Origin: a virus
Lineage: Duplodnaviria; Caudoviricetes
Length of the DNA stretch: 56,156 nucleotides
IMG/VR virus record: IMGVR_UViG_3300045932_000155
Coordinates: 1 to 56,156 of that record
Direction: 5' to 3' (one strand)
Every line of letters starts with the position of its first letter. Position 1 is the stretch's first letter. The position numbers were made by a program, and so were the translations under genes. This document shows, one piece after another, positions 45,253 to 54,763 of the stretch. The notes beneath the pieces were generated by a model, which was not told the DNA's origin, did no database searches, and saw only the letters and a list, made by a program, of their open reading frames with translations.

Positions 45253-47645
45253 GCGACGTTCGTTTTCTGGTGCAGCGGTATCTCAACGAGGGCTTCGGAC
45301 GCCCGCACCCGATCCCCCGTGGCGAGAAGGGCCCGAGGATCAAGGGCTGGAACGACCCCGAGGTGAAGTTCGCCGTCGAGGACTTTGGGGAGACCGACAA
45401 CGTTGGCACGGCGCTCACCGGCGACCTCGTGGACATCGACCTCGACTGCATGGAGGCGGTGAAGGCCGCCCATCGGTTCCTGCCGACGACCGGCCGCATC
45501 CACGGCCGCCCGGGCAAGCCCTCCAGCCACTACTGGTATCGCGTCGAGGGCATGAAGCTGGAGCAGTTCCGCGACGTGCCCCGCCCCGATGGCGACGGCA
45601 AGCCCAAGGTCGGGATGCTCTGCGAAATCCGGACGGGCCCCACGTATCAGACGGTGCTCCCGCCCTCGCTCCACGGAGCCTCGGGTGAAACGCTGACGTG
45701 GGAAGCCGACCGTGAGGCGTCGAGCGTGGATGGCAAGACCCTGCGCCGCGCTGTGCTGCTCACGGCCGTCACGGCGCTGATCGTGCGGTCGTGGCCCAAG
45801 AGCGGACGCCATCAGGCGCTGCTCGACCTCACGGGGTTCCTCTACCGCCAGAAGATCGATGCCAAGGAGTGCATCGAGATCCTCTCGGAGATCACGCTGC
45901 AGGCCGAGGGCGAGGTGTGGAAGGACTGCGAGAGCAGCGTCCGCAGCACCTACTCGAAGACCCCGGCCGAGGGTGCCAAGACGACTGGCGGCCCGGCCTT
46001 GGAGAAGATCTTCGGCAAGGACGTCGTCGAGCGTCTGCGTGCGTGGTTCGGCGCGGGCCGGAGTGCGGAGGAGAAGTTCGAGGCCATCGTCGAGGAGATG
46101 AACGCCAAGCACTTCTACGTCACCATCGGCGCGGACACCGTGATTGGCACCGAGAAGGCCGACAAGGTCGTGTTCCAGTCCGAGCGTGCCATGTATGCGT
46201 GGTATGCCAACCAGAAGGTGGCCCTCGGCACCCGTCAAATCGCCAAGGGTCCGAGGAAGGGCGAGACCGAAGTCGAGACGCGCTCCAAGTTCGAGATCTG
46301 GCGTGAGCACCCGAAGCGCCGACAGTTCCGCTCCGTCGTATTCGCTCCGCCTCCGCACGCGGCGCATCCCGAAGACCTGAACCTCTGGAAGGGCCTCGCC
46401 ATTGAGCCCGCGCCCGGCGACTGCACGCTCTTCCTCGACCACCTGCTGAACAACATCTGCAGCGGGAACCAGTCCTACTACGAGTATCTGATGGACTGGT
46501 GCGCCCTGCTCGTGCAGCGTCCCGGCGTGCCCGCCGACGTGGCCGTCGTGCTGCGCGGCGGTCAGGGCGTAGGCAAGGGCATCTTCGCCCGCAACCTCGG
46601 CCGCATCTTCGGCCGCCACTTCGCCCACCTCGACAAGGTGGACCACCTGACGGGCCACTTCAACGCTCATTTGTCCGGCAAGGTGCTGGTGTTCGCGGAC
46701 GAGGCGTTCTTCGCTGGCGACAAGAAGGAACTGGGTGCGCTGAAGCGCGTCATCACGGAGCCCACGCTGACGGTGACGCGCAAGCGCATCGACTCGGAAG
46801 AGGAGGCCAACTTCTGCCACATCGTGATGGCCACCAACGAGCACTGGTCGTGCCCGGCGGATATGGACGAGCGCCGGTTCTTCGCGCTGCTCGTCGGCAA
46901 CGCCCGCAAGCAGGACATCGAGTATTTCACCAAGGTGCAGCAGCAGTTGGACGCTGGCGGCCTGCAGGCGTTCCTCGACCTGCTCCTGCGGAGGCCCGTC
47001 GATCCGGCCCGCGTGCGCCGTGCGCCGAAGACCGAGGAATACAGGGTGCAGCAGGAGTTGACGCTGTCCAACGAGCACAAGTGGTGGTTCGAGAAGCTCT
47101 CGACAGGCAAGCTGGAAGCGGGTATCGTCGAAGACGGACCTGACTGGCCGGAACTGATGGTCACCAGCCTTGCCCACGAGGATTACCTCGGGTGGTGCGA
47201 ACGGCAGCGGATCTTCCGTCGCCTGACCACGATGGAGTTGGCGAAGCGCATTCTCAGGGACTACTTCGCGGGCCCGGCAGAAAGGCCCCGACTCGGAAAG
47301 CTTCGAGCGATGGCTTACCCGCTCGTGCCATTGACAAGGGCAAGGGAGATCTTTGACAAGCAGGTCGGCACCAAGGGGGACTGGGAAGACGTCGAAACGC
47401 CCACCCCCGCGCCGCCCGCACCGGGCGCACCCCGGGGGCCGAAGGCCGAGCCGCGCCTGCCGTTGGCCGATCCGAGGCCGGTGGAACGGGAACCGGGCGA
47501 CGAGCAGGAAGGCCTCGGGGAACCGGCTGTCCTTGGCCGTGTGGCGGGCTCCGAGGGAGGCCGGGGCACGGATACCCCGGAACGCGCTGAGGGCGACGTG
47601 GGCCGCCAGCCGGGGGCCGAAGAGGACGAGGAACTGCCCTTCTAG
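45249..47645 (+). CDS. Primase-helicase (prim-pol N-terminus, SF3/DUF5906-type helicase)
   Basis: KGP...GW, NVG, VDIDLD, SHYWY, TVLPPS.H; GGQGVGKG, FADE, ATN, ERRF. Confidence 0.9.
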   Translation: MSDVRFLVQRYLNEGFGRPHPIPRGEKGPRIKGWNDPEVKFAVEDFGETDNVGTALTGDLVDIDLDCMEAVKAAHRFLPTTGRIHGRPGKPSSHYWYRVEGMKLEQFRDVPRPDGDGKPKVGMLCEIRTGPTYQTVLPPSLHGASGETLTWEADREASSVDGKTLRRAVLLTAVTALIVRSWPKSGRHQALLDLTGFLYRQKIDAKECIEILSEITLQAEGEVWKDCESSVRSTYSKTPAEGAKTTGGPALEKIFGKDVVERLRAWFGAGRSAEEKFEAIVEEMNAKHFYVTIGADTVIGTEKADKVVFQSERAMYAWYANQKVALGTRQIAKGPRKGETEVETRSKFEIWREHPKRRQFRSVVFAPPPHAAHPEDLNLWKGLAIEPAPGDCTLFLDHLLNNICSGNQSYYEYLMDWCALLVQRPGVPADVAVVLRGGQGVGKGIFARNLGRIFGRHFAHLDKVDHLTGHFNAHLSGKVLVFADEAFFAGDKKELGALKRVITEPTLTVTRKRIDSEEEANFCHIVMATNEHWSCPADMDERRFFALLVGNARKQDIEYFTKVQQQLDAGGLQAFLDLLLRRPVDPARVRRAPKTEEYRVQQELTLSNEHKWWFEKLSTGKLEAGIVEDGPDWPELMVTSLAHEDYLGWCERQRIFRRLTTMELAKRILRDYFAGPAERPRLGKLRAMAYPLVPLTRAREIFDKQVGTKGDWEDVETPTPAPPAPGAPRGPKAEPRLPLADPRPVEREPGDEQEGLGEPAVLGRVAGSEGGRGTDTPERAEGDVGRQPGAEEDEELPF

Positions 47646-47649
47646 GGAC

Positions 47650-47925
47650 GGGCAGTGGACGGGGAGGGGACGAGGAAAAGGGCCAGTCGTCCACTTGCAC
47701 GTCCAGCCTAAGTCCCGAGGGCTCAGGACTTTAGGGTGGAATGGACGACATGGGAGTTGGACGAGGGGCTCTCAACTTGACACACGGATGAGGGATGAAC
47801 TAGTTGGTTCCTCCTTATATGTTAAATAGATACATTGTCCAAGTCGTCCAAGTCGTCCAAAGGCTGTCAACCCTCGGTTCCACGCGGGTTTACGGCGGAC
47901 GAAGTGCGAGACGAGATGGACGAGG
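47650..47925. other. Putative replication origin
   Basis: Multiple TGGACG/CGTCCA hexamers, tandem GTCCAAGTC repeats at 47837-47860 and an AT-rich patch (47811-47836) directly after the primase gene. Confidence 0.55.
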
Positions 47926-48423
47926 TGCTGCCCCGTGGCAGGCCCTCGAAACCGCCGCCCGGCAAACGCCGGGCAGGCCGCGCCAGCCGGGTCGCGGAGG
48001 ACCCCTACGATGGCCTTCGTAGTTCCTGACACCCCTGTCAACGTTTTGACACCTGACCCCGGGCGTTTTAGGTCAGGTGACCGTGGGAGCAGCGTAGGCC
48101 CGGGCCGCCTGCTGGCGTTCCGGCCGCGCCGCGAGGCCAACCCGGACCGGCTGGAGGCCGCCATGCGCTGGTCGGCCGCCTACGTTCGGGCCGGGCATCG
48201 GCCGCCGGAGCGCTGGTAGCGCCCACCGTCATGCGTGAATCGCGTAAGTCCCGCGTTCAGTAGGACTTGCAAGTTAACATAACTACTCTTATCGGACGTT
48301 CGTCGTCCTTTCGCCTCGCATCGCCCGGGTTCGGGCCAAACCCGGCCGCCGGGCAACGTGTCGCGGCCTTCGAACAATTCCGACATGACGATCCTGATCT
48401 GTCGTCCGAGACGACCTGAGACT

Positions 48424-48589
48424 CGATTGCAGATGTGGGATCTGTAATCGAACAGTCAGTGACTGTCTTCGACTGTCTCTGACTGTCTCCGCCCGGCGCG
48501 ATGGCAGATGTGGGATTTGTAATCGCCTTCGAGTGTCTCAGCGAGGAGTCTCTTTTCAGGTGCGATGCCAAATGTGGGATTTGTAATCA
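48424..48589. repeat. Three 27-bp imperfect palindromes CGATTGCAGAT-GTGGG-ATCTGTAATCG
   Basis: Copies at 48424-48450, 48499-48525 and 48563-48589, interleaved with GACTGTCT repeats. Confidence 0.85.
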
Positions 48590-48712
48590 GACAGTCAGTG
48601 TCTCAGTTGACTGTCTCTGGTCCCAGTTCCGGGAATCCTCTAGGGGTTAGGGGGATAATTACAAAAGCGGAGCGGAAAGACACTGTCTCCGGCGCGACTG
48701 TCTCGACTGTCT

Positions 48713-48895
48713 CTCCAAAATTGTCATGACGTTTCTGAGTCTGCGAGTGTCTCAGACGAGAGTCGCTCCGAAATTGTCATTACGCTTCTGAGTCTGAGAG
48801 AGTGTCACGCAGGTGTCTCTCCAGAATCGTCATGACGTTTCTGAGTCTGCGAGTGTCTCTCACGGGAGTCACTCCAGAAACGTCATGACGCTCCT
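48713..48895. repeat. 53-bp tandem repeat (about 3.5 units) with palindromic core
   Basis: Units start at 48713, 48766, 48819, 48872; consensus core CAGAAACGTCATGACGTTTCTG is self-complementary. Confidence 0.9.
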
Positions 48896-49077
48896 GTTCT
48901 CGCAGCGAGGGCAAGCTGCCAAACGAGAAACGTGATCCGACCGACGCAAACGTCGCCCGAAGTGGGCAGCCGGAGCGCCTGCCACGGCGATTGCAGAAAC
49001 CGACACACCACGTAGGGTTTTGCAATCGGAATGGCGCAGCAGGGCCCAAGGAGGGCCAGATCCCCGGGCATTCGGGG

Positions 49078-49093
49078 TGGCACGCTGCTTGCA
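49078..49093 (+). promoter_or_regulatory. sigma54-type promoter
   Basis: TGGCACG-CTGC-TTGCA then GGCAGGAGG and ATG 49120. Confidence 0.85.
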
Positions 49094-49119
49094 CCATCAG
49101 TGGGGCAGGAGGCGACCAG

Positions 49120-49425
49120 ATGGGCAGAACCTACACCCCGGCTTACGCCATCGAGATTGACGTCCCGGGCTTCATCTATACCCCGGCAGGCTGGACGGCC
49201 CGCGAGTTCGGCCGCCCGACCGACGCCAACCTGAAGCTCTACGTCGAGCGCTTCGAGGCCTCGACGCAGCCCGGCGGCGCGAACGCGCACCTTGGCCCGA
49301 CCAAGGTTCGCGCAGCCCGCATCTACACGAATCGCGGGGAGCGCAAGCTGGTGGCCAGCTACCCGGCGCAGCCCCTCAAGCTCGCGGGCCGGATGATAGG
49401 CTCCGCCAACCCCGAACGCCTGTAG
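49120..49425 (+). CDS. Hypothetical early-type protein
   Basis: SD AGGAGG, directly after the promoter. Confidence 0.7.
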   Translation: MGRTYTPAYAIEIDVPGFIYTPAGWTAREFGRPTDANLKLYVERFEASTQPGGANAHLGPTKVRAARIYTNRGERKLVASYPAQPLKLAGRMIGSANPERL

Positions 49426-49434
49426 GAGGTTCCC

Positions 49435-49785
49435 ATGAGACTTGGCAGCGACACGAACAGCGTGAGCAACTGGATGATGAGCGGCCCGGGCCAGCCGAAG
49501 CCCGAAGTGGGCATGGGCGCGACGGTGCTGGCGTGGACGGATCGCTACGCGGGCACCATCACGAAGGTGTCCCCGAGCGGCAAGACCATCGAGGTCACCG
49601 AGGACGACACCGAACTGATCGCGGGCAAGATGCTCTCCGAGCATCAGGAGTATCGCTACACGCCCAACCCCAACGGCCGGAAGCGCACCTTCCGCCTGAA
49701 CAAGAAGGGCTGCTGGCGCGAAACGGGACGGGGCGCAGGGCTGCGCTTGGGCACGCGGGAAGCCTACCGCGACCCGAGCTTCTAA
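49435..49785 (+). CDS. Hypothetical phage protein
   Basis: SD AGGAGG; PEVGMGAT...TDRYAGTI...YRDPSF. Confidence 0.75.
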   Translation: MRLGSDTNSVSNWMMSGPGQPKPEVGMGATVLAWTDRYAGTITKVSPSGKTIEVTEDDTELIAGKMLSEHQEYRYTPNPNGRKRTFRLNKKGCWRETGRGAGLRLGTREAYRDPSF

Positions 49786-49866
49786 GAACGTAATCGTGAT
49801 CGCAGGGCTGCCATCCACATGAGGCAGCCCTGCCCACGAGCAGGGGCAAACGCTAGGCTTTCCGCT

Positions 49867-49882
49867 TGGCACGTGGGTTGCA
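49867..49882 (+). promoter_or_regulatory. sigma54-type promoter
   Basis: TGGCACG-TGGG-TTGCA then GGCAGGAGG and ATG 49911. Confidence 0.85.
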
Positions 49883-49910
49883 TAGGGATGGGGGCAGGAG
49901 GAACGACGCC

Positions 49911-50450
49911 ATGATCAACATCGACGCGATTCGTTGGGCACGCAAGGCATGCGACTGGGCAGACGCACCCCGGGTGACGAGCCCCTCGACCATCGAGGCG
50001 GCCGAAGCCCTGCCGCACATCGAGATCCGAACTCCGCATCCGATGGCGCACTTCGCGCAGGAGATGCCTCGGTTCTTCGTGGCCCTGCTGCCGGGCAACC
50101 GCCGGGTGCTGGTGAACACCGAGGGCTACACCTACGCTCGATACATCGCGGCCCTCCCCGATGCGCCTGTCGCCCCGGCCAAGGGGACCAGCGTCACGGT
50201 GCTGGCCGAGGGGCTGGCTGCCGAGCGCAGCCTGATCGTCACGGACTACGGCGCGGCGCTGAGCATCCTCGCCAACCGCGTGCGCGAGGCGCAGGAGCGC
50301 TTGGCCGATGCGAACCCGGGCGTTCGGGAGATCATCCACCACCACGACGCGCACAACATTGGCGCGGCGCTGCAGGACGTCACGCGGCTGGCGGGAGCCT
50401 ACGAGGAGTTCCGGCGCTTCGAGCGCCTCGCCCGCAAGGAGGGCCAGTGA
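49911..50450 (+). CDS. Hypothetical protein
   Basis: SD AGGAGG; LVNTEGY.YARY. Confidence 0.7.
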   Translation: MINIDAIRWARKACDWADAPRVTSPSTIEAAEALPHIEIRTPHPMAHFAQEMPRFFVALLPGNRRVLVNTEGYTYARYIAALPDAPVAPAKGTSVTVLAEGLAAERSLIVTDYGAALSILANRVREAQERLADANPGVREIIHHHDAHNIGAALQDVTRLAGAYEEFRRFERLARKEGQ

Positions 50451-50599
50451 AGCCCGCGCCGAAGTGGAGCGCGAAGATGGGCTGCGTGATCTACCCGGTG
50501 TATGCCCCGAGCGGCAAGCTGGTGTGGGTCACGATTCCCGAGCGAGAGTAGGAGCACGTCAACCGGCCTCGCAGCAAGCGTAGGCCAAAGGAGCACGCC

Positions 50600-50923
50600 A
50601 TGTTCAACGGAGAATTCGTGCAGCGTCACCAGAGCATCGCCAAGGACGGCACGCAGGGCGTTCGGTTCGAGGCGATCTACGATCTGCGGGCCGGGGGCAA
50701 GCCGCACAAGGTTCGCATCACCATCATCTCGGACGCCTACAAGACGCAGTCGGTCGCCAAGGTCGAGCGCTTCTCGGGCAGCGTGTGGCAGCAGATCGGA
50801 CGCCTCGCGCACGGGGAGATGGTCACGCCCGAGGGCCTCTGCTACGGGAAGCCCGCGACTCCTTCCGCGTTTGCCGAGGACGTCGAAGCCCTGCAGGCGC
50901 TCACGCTGGCGGTGCTGTCATGA
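50600..50923 (+). CDS. Hypothetical protein
   Basis: SD AAGGAG. Confidence 0.7.
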   Translation: MFNGEFVQRHQSIAKDGTQGVRFEAIYDLRAGGKPHKVRITIISDAYKTQSVAKVERFSGSVWQQIGRLAHGEMVTPEGLCYGKPATPSAFAEDVEALQALTLAVLS

Positions 50924-51105
50924 AGTTCCACGTGTTCCTGCTGACGATCACCACGACCGGGCGGATCGACGCCCGGAAGCTGGCCGAGTTCCTCGAACCC
51001 GATGACGCGCTGGCCTACGCCAAGCAGAAGGCCTTTCGCAGCCATCGCAACGTGATGGTGGTGCATCCTGATGGGAGCGCCTCCATCCACTCGGAGCACG
51101 CATGA
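50920..51105 (+). CDS. Hypothetical protein
   Basis: ATGA coupling. Confidence 0.5.
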   Translation: MKFHVFLLTITTTGRIDARKLAEFLEPDDALAYAKQKAFRSHRNVMVVHPDGSASIHSEHA

Positions 51106-51425
51106 CGAGGCGCGGCAATTGCTACGTCGCCAGCGAGGCGCTCTACCACGCCCTTGGAGGCAAACGCGCAGGCTGGACGCCATGCGTGCTGCGGATGCCG
51201 GACGGAGAACGCCACTGGTTCCTGCGCGGGCATGGCGTCGTGTTGGACCCGAGCGCGAGGCAGTTCAGCCCTCGGGACCGCAGACGCATTCCCTACACGC
51301 AGGGGCGAGGCACGGGCTTCCTGACGAAGCGGCCGTCACGCCGAGCCCGAGCGCTGCTGCAGGCGATGACGTGGCAGATCCCAACAGCGAGTTCCCTGCG
51401 GAACCTGAAAGGCCGCCAACGATGA
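51102..51425 (+). CDS. Hypothetical protein with a possible Cys-His-Asp (papain/transglutaminase-like) triad
   Basis: GNCYVASEALYH...HWFL....VLDP. Confidence 0.55.
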   Translation: MTRRGNCYVASEALYHALGGKRAGWTPCVLRMPDGERHWFLRGHGVVLDPSARQFSPRDRRRIPYTQGRGTGFLTKRPSRRARALLQAMTWQIPTASSLRNLKGRQR

Positions 51426-51775
51426 GACCCCAAGGCGGAGGCTGCGCGGTCGGCTGGCGCGGGGATCTCTGGCAGCGGGTGTGGGCCAAGACGGCAGCAC
51501 CCTCGGCACCCGGCGGGTGCATCCTGTGGCGCGGCGCGTGTAGCCGGACACGTTCGGGCCCGCGCCCGGTGATCCATACCAAGGGGCGCAGCGTGGATCG
51601 CGTGGCCCGCATCGTGTGCGAGTGGTTCCACGGGCCCGCGCCAAGCCCGGAGCATCGAGCCGGGCATACGTGCCCGGGAGGCGAGAACAAGATGTGCGTC
51701 AACCCCAACCATCTCCGGTGGATGACGCAGAGCGAGAACGAGCAGCAGAAGCAGAGCTACAGGAGGTCAGCATGA
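51422..51775 (+). CDS. HNH (His-Cys box) endonuclease
   Basis: CILW.GA, VARIVCE.FHG, HTC......CVNPNHL.W.T..EN. Confidence 0.85.
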   Translation: MRPQGGGCAVGWRGDLWQRVWAKTAAPSAPGGCILWRGACSRTRSGPRPVIHTKGRSVDRVARIVCEWFHGPAPSPEHRAGHTCPGGENKMCVNPNHLRWMTQSENEQQKQSYRRSA

Positions 51776-52065
51776 TGCTACGAGTGCGGAGGCGGTTCAC
51801 TCCGATTACGTGCGACGAGTGGAATGACCAGCCCTTCGAGAGGATGGTCTGGTCCTACGACACCGAGACCCATCACGTGATGGTGTTCTCTGGCCTGCAG
51901 GAGGGCTATCAAGCGGGGCTGCTGGACTGTCGTATTGGGGATCGGATGGTGCCCCTGATCGAGTTCGATGAGGCGCTCAAGCAGACGCGCAAGCGCGAGG
52001 GCATCTACTACAACGGCAACCCGTGGACGCGGGCTTTGATTCTCGCGGCCATCCACGTGGCGTGA
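51772..52065 (+). CDS. Hypothetical protein
   Basis: SD GGAGG; coupled start. Confidence 0.55.
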   Translation: MMLRVRRRFTPITCDEWNDQPFERMVWSYDTETHHVMVFSGLQEGYQAGLLDCRIGDRMVPLIEFDEALKQTRKREGIYYNGNPWTRALILAAIHVA

Positions 52066-52769
52066 TGGTGACCGGCCTTCTCTACCGCGACCCGGACCGG
52101 CCCAGTCTGGTGTTCGACGAGTTCAGTTACTTTGCGGGCTTCGCCAAGGAGGGCTCCATGATTCTGAGATGCGTGCGCGACGGCAGGCTGACGACGAGCG
52201 AGGCCAACGAACTGCGGATCGGGGGTCAGCCCGGCCTGTGCGAGTGCGGCGCGGCGCTCCTGCGCGAGGACGTGCCCTTGCTCCTGCCCGTCTCCCAAGT
52301 GCCCGGCGCGTGCGCTCAGACCATTGTGCGGACGGTGTTGGGCCAGCGGCGCATGGCGGACGTCATGCTTGGCGACCCGCGCTACCCGTGGGTGACGTGC
52401 CCGTTCTGCTCCTCGGCGTTCTACCTCGCGGAGGCTCCGCCGGAGCACGCGAAGAGCGTGACGGTCGGCACGCAGGGGCGCTGCGCCAATCCGTGGTGCG
52501 AGGCCAACCCGAACATGCCGCTCGACGCGGCGCGGCTGGCCCGGGGCCAAGAGCATCTGCGGTGGATGGAATATGAAGAGCGGGAGCGGAATCACCGGGC
52601 GGCCATCGAGCGGCTGCGGCTGGACCGCGAGGCGCAGCGGGAACGGATGCAGGCGAACATCGACCGCGCCAAGGCCGAGGGCTTCTGCACGTATTGCGCG
52701 GCCAAGGGGAAGTTCGTCAGGCATCGGATGATCGGCGGGTGCCCGGCGCAGATGCGGGGGCGTCGATGA
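52065..52769 (+). CDS. Cys-rich coiled-coil hypothetical protein
   Basis: CEC, CPFC, CANPWC, CTYC; coupled start. Confidence 0.55.
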   Translation: MVTGLLYRDPDRPSLVFDEFSYFAGFAKEGSMILRCVRDGRLTTSEANELRIGGQPGLCECGAALLREDVPLLLPVSQVPGACAQTIVRTVLGQRRMADVMLGDPRYPWVTCPFCSSAFYLAEAPPEHAKSVTVGTQGRCANPWCEANPNMPLDAARLARGQEHLRWMEYEERERNHRAAIERLRLDREAQRERMQANIDRAKAEGFCTYCAAKGKFVRHRMIGGCPAQMRGRR

Positions 52770-53014
52770 AGTTCCTGCGCTCGTTTCTCGATGATCTCAA
52801 GCTGCCCGAGGGCTGCTTGCTCATCTGCCACGACGAGAATCACAACGGGCCCGGTGGCTGCGGCGACCCGGCCTGCTGGAAACACGTGCCGGGCCAATCG
52901 CCTCCGCCGAAGAACTACCGGCCGCCGAACTGCCGATGCCCACAGGGGACGTTCCCCGGGGACGCGACGGTAGCCGGAATAAGGGCCAACGTCCGGCGGC
53001 CAGCGGGCTGGTAG
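52766..53014 (+). CDS. Small Cys-rich hypothetical protein
   Basis: ATGA coupling; CLLIC...C...C. Confidence 0.45.
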   Translation: MKFLRSFLDDLKLPEGCLLICHDENHNGPGGCGDPACWKHVPGQSPPPKNYRPPNCRCPQGTFPGDATVAGIRANVRRPAGW

Positions 53015-53127
53015 CCCGAAGAAGGGCTATGACAAGGGCTGTAATAACGATTCCGGGATTGTAACCTCCGGGGGTCGGTCGCCCGGGGCACCCTCGGGAA
53101 TCCGGCCGGATTCCGCCCGGCCGGGGC

Positions 53128-53143
53128 TGGCACGGCGCTTGCA
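53128..53143 (+). promoter_or_regulatory. sigma54-type promoter
   Basis: TGGCACG-GCGC-TTGCA then GGAGG and ATG 53169. Confidence 0.85.
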
Positions 53144-53168
53144 CTATAGACCGGCGGAGGGCGCGACC

Positions 53169-53456
53169 ATGACCTGCAAAGCGAGCCGACTGACCTACGA
53201 CGGGAAACGCTACGAGGTGTCGAGTGACGGGACGGTGCGGCAGATCCTGAGCACGCAGACCGGGACGAGCCCCGAGGGCAAACCGATGGTGGCCCGGGTC
53301 TACGGCCAGCCCGAGGAGCGCGAGTTCGCCCGGCTGGTGATCGCGGACGCGGCGCGGCAGCGTCGGAACCGGAACGCCCGCGCCAAGCACGAAGCCCTGA
53401 CCGGCCTTGGGCTGGTGCGGGTGCGCGGAGCCCTCGGCGGCGTCTACTACGAGTAG
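53169..53456 (+). CDS. Hypothetical protein
   Basis: SD GGAGG; ends LGLVRVRGALGGVYYE. Confidence 0.7.
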   Translation: MTCKASRLTYDGKRYEVSSDGTVRQILSTQTGTSPEGKPMVARVYGQPEEREFARLVIADAARQRRNRNARAKHEALTGLGLVRVRGALGGVYYE

Positions 53457-53493
53457 GATTCGGCCGCCGAGCGGCGGCCAAGGAGGAACGACG

Positions 53494-53922
53494 ATGACCA
53501 AGCAGCAGATGGCGGAACGGATCGCGGCGCTCGAAGCGGAAGTGGCGGCCCTGAAGCCGAGCCGGTTCGTGGCGACCGAGGACTCGATCAAGGTCACGCC
53601 CGCGCCCGCGTGGGGCCGAGCGCAGGAGACCGTGAGCAAGGCGGCGGCGCGGATCGCGGCGCGGGAGGCCTCGAACGGCTACTCCTACGATTCCTTCGGT
53701 CCGACGCAGTGGGCCCGGCTGGCGGAGATGCTGGCCAAGCGCGGCCTGACGGCTCCGGAGATCAAGGGTGTGCTGCGCTCGAAATACACTCGGTGGGCGC
53801 GGGACTCCTACGGCCCGGCGAAGGGGTTCTACAAGGCGCAGGTCGTCATCGACTACCTCGACAACCCGAGCAACAGAATCACGAACGCCCGGATTCAGGA
53901 TCTCGTGACGGAGGAGCAGTAA
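53494..53922 (+). CDS. Hypothetical protein
   Basis: SD AAGGAGG. Confidence 0.7.
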   Translation: MTKQQMAERIAALEAEVAALKPSRFVATEDSIKVTPAPAWGRAQETVSKAAARIAAREASNGYSYDSFGPTQWARLAEMLAKRGLTAPEIKGVLRSKYTRWARDSYGPAKGFYKAQVVIDYLDNPSNRITNARIQDLVTEEQ

Positions 53923-54257
53923 TGGAAGCCCAGTGGATCGAGAAGCTCGTCATCGGCAACCTCGTCGTGGTGAACGGCGGGGCTCTGACCACGCAGCGGA
54001 TCGAGCGCGTGGCGAAGATCACCCCGACGCAGATCGTGCTGGCCAGCAAGGAGCGCTTCCGCCGGAAGGACGGCCAGCGGATGGGGGATGCGGGCGATTG
54101 GCATACGTGCTGGATCTACGAGGCCACTCCGGAACGGCTCCGCGAGGTGCGCGTGGCTTCGGCCCGGGCCCGCGTGAGGCACATCGACTGGAGCAAGCTC
54201 CCCGACGACTTCGTGATCGAAGTCTGCCAGCGGGCCAAGGACCTGCTGCCGAAGTGA
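53922..54257 (+). CDS. Hypothetical protein (SH3-like beta-barrel pattern)
   Basis: TAATG coupling; VAKITPTQIV...RFRRKDG. Confidence 0.65.
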   Translation: MEAQWIEKLVIGNLVVVNGGALTTQRIERVAKITPTQIVLASKERFRRKDGQRMGDAGDWHTCWIYEATPERLREVRVASARARVRHIDWSKLPDDFVIEVCQRAKDLLPK

Positions 54258-54763
54258 TCTCGACCGGCTGGTGGGGCATCCCCGGGATGATCTCGGACTC
54301 CGCGACCCGGGCCACGAAGGTCCACGCGGCGCGGGACGGCAAGCCCATCTGCGGAGCCCGCGTCGGGCCCACGCAGGCATTCCAATGGTGCGCGGCCGGG
54401 GTGCAGCGGGACTATCTGGAGTGCAAGCGCTGCCTGAAGCTGACGGAGGGCTGGCGGTTTGACGACATGCGGTTCACCCCGACCGAGCGGGGCCACTGGC
54501 TGCGCGTGCGCGAGAGCTTCATGGGCCGCCGGGTGACCGGCATCTGCGTGCGGTCGGAGGTCGATGGGAAGCGCACGCTCCGGGTCACTAAGCTTCCGAA
54601 GCCCACGAAGATCGTCACGACCTACTCGGACATCGTCGGCGGAGTGCGGCTCGAAGATGAGATCGAAGGCTTCGTGTCGTGGAATCTGGACGACCTGCTC
54701 CCGCGCCGGGACTGGCGCGAGGTGAATTGCGGGCAGCGGTGCTGCTCGAAGGAGGAACGATGA
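54254..54763 (+). CDS. Hypothetical protein with a zinc-finger-like N-terminus
   Basis: KVH....GKPICG...ECKRC; GTGA coupling. Confidence 0.55.
   Translation: MISTGWWGIPGMISDSATRATKVHAARDGKPICGARVGPTQAFQWCAAGVQRDYLECKRCLKLTEGWRFDDMRFTPTERGHWLRVRESFMGRRVTGICVRSEVDGKRTLRVTKLPKPTKIVTTYSDIVGGVRLEDEIEGFVSWNLDDLLPRRDWREVNCGQRCCSKEER

Noticed and set aside
48713-48895. Possible mini-CRISPR array
   Set aside because: The regions between palindromic cores are similar to each other rather than unique spacers, repeats are degenerate, and no cas genes are present
49802-49833. 11-bp hairpin as an intrinsic terminator
   Set aside because: No U-tract on either side; it may be a protein-binding or processing site instead
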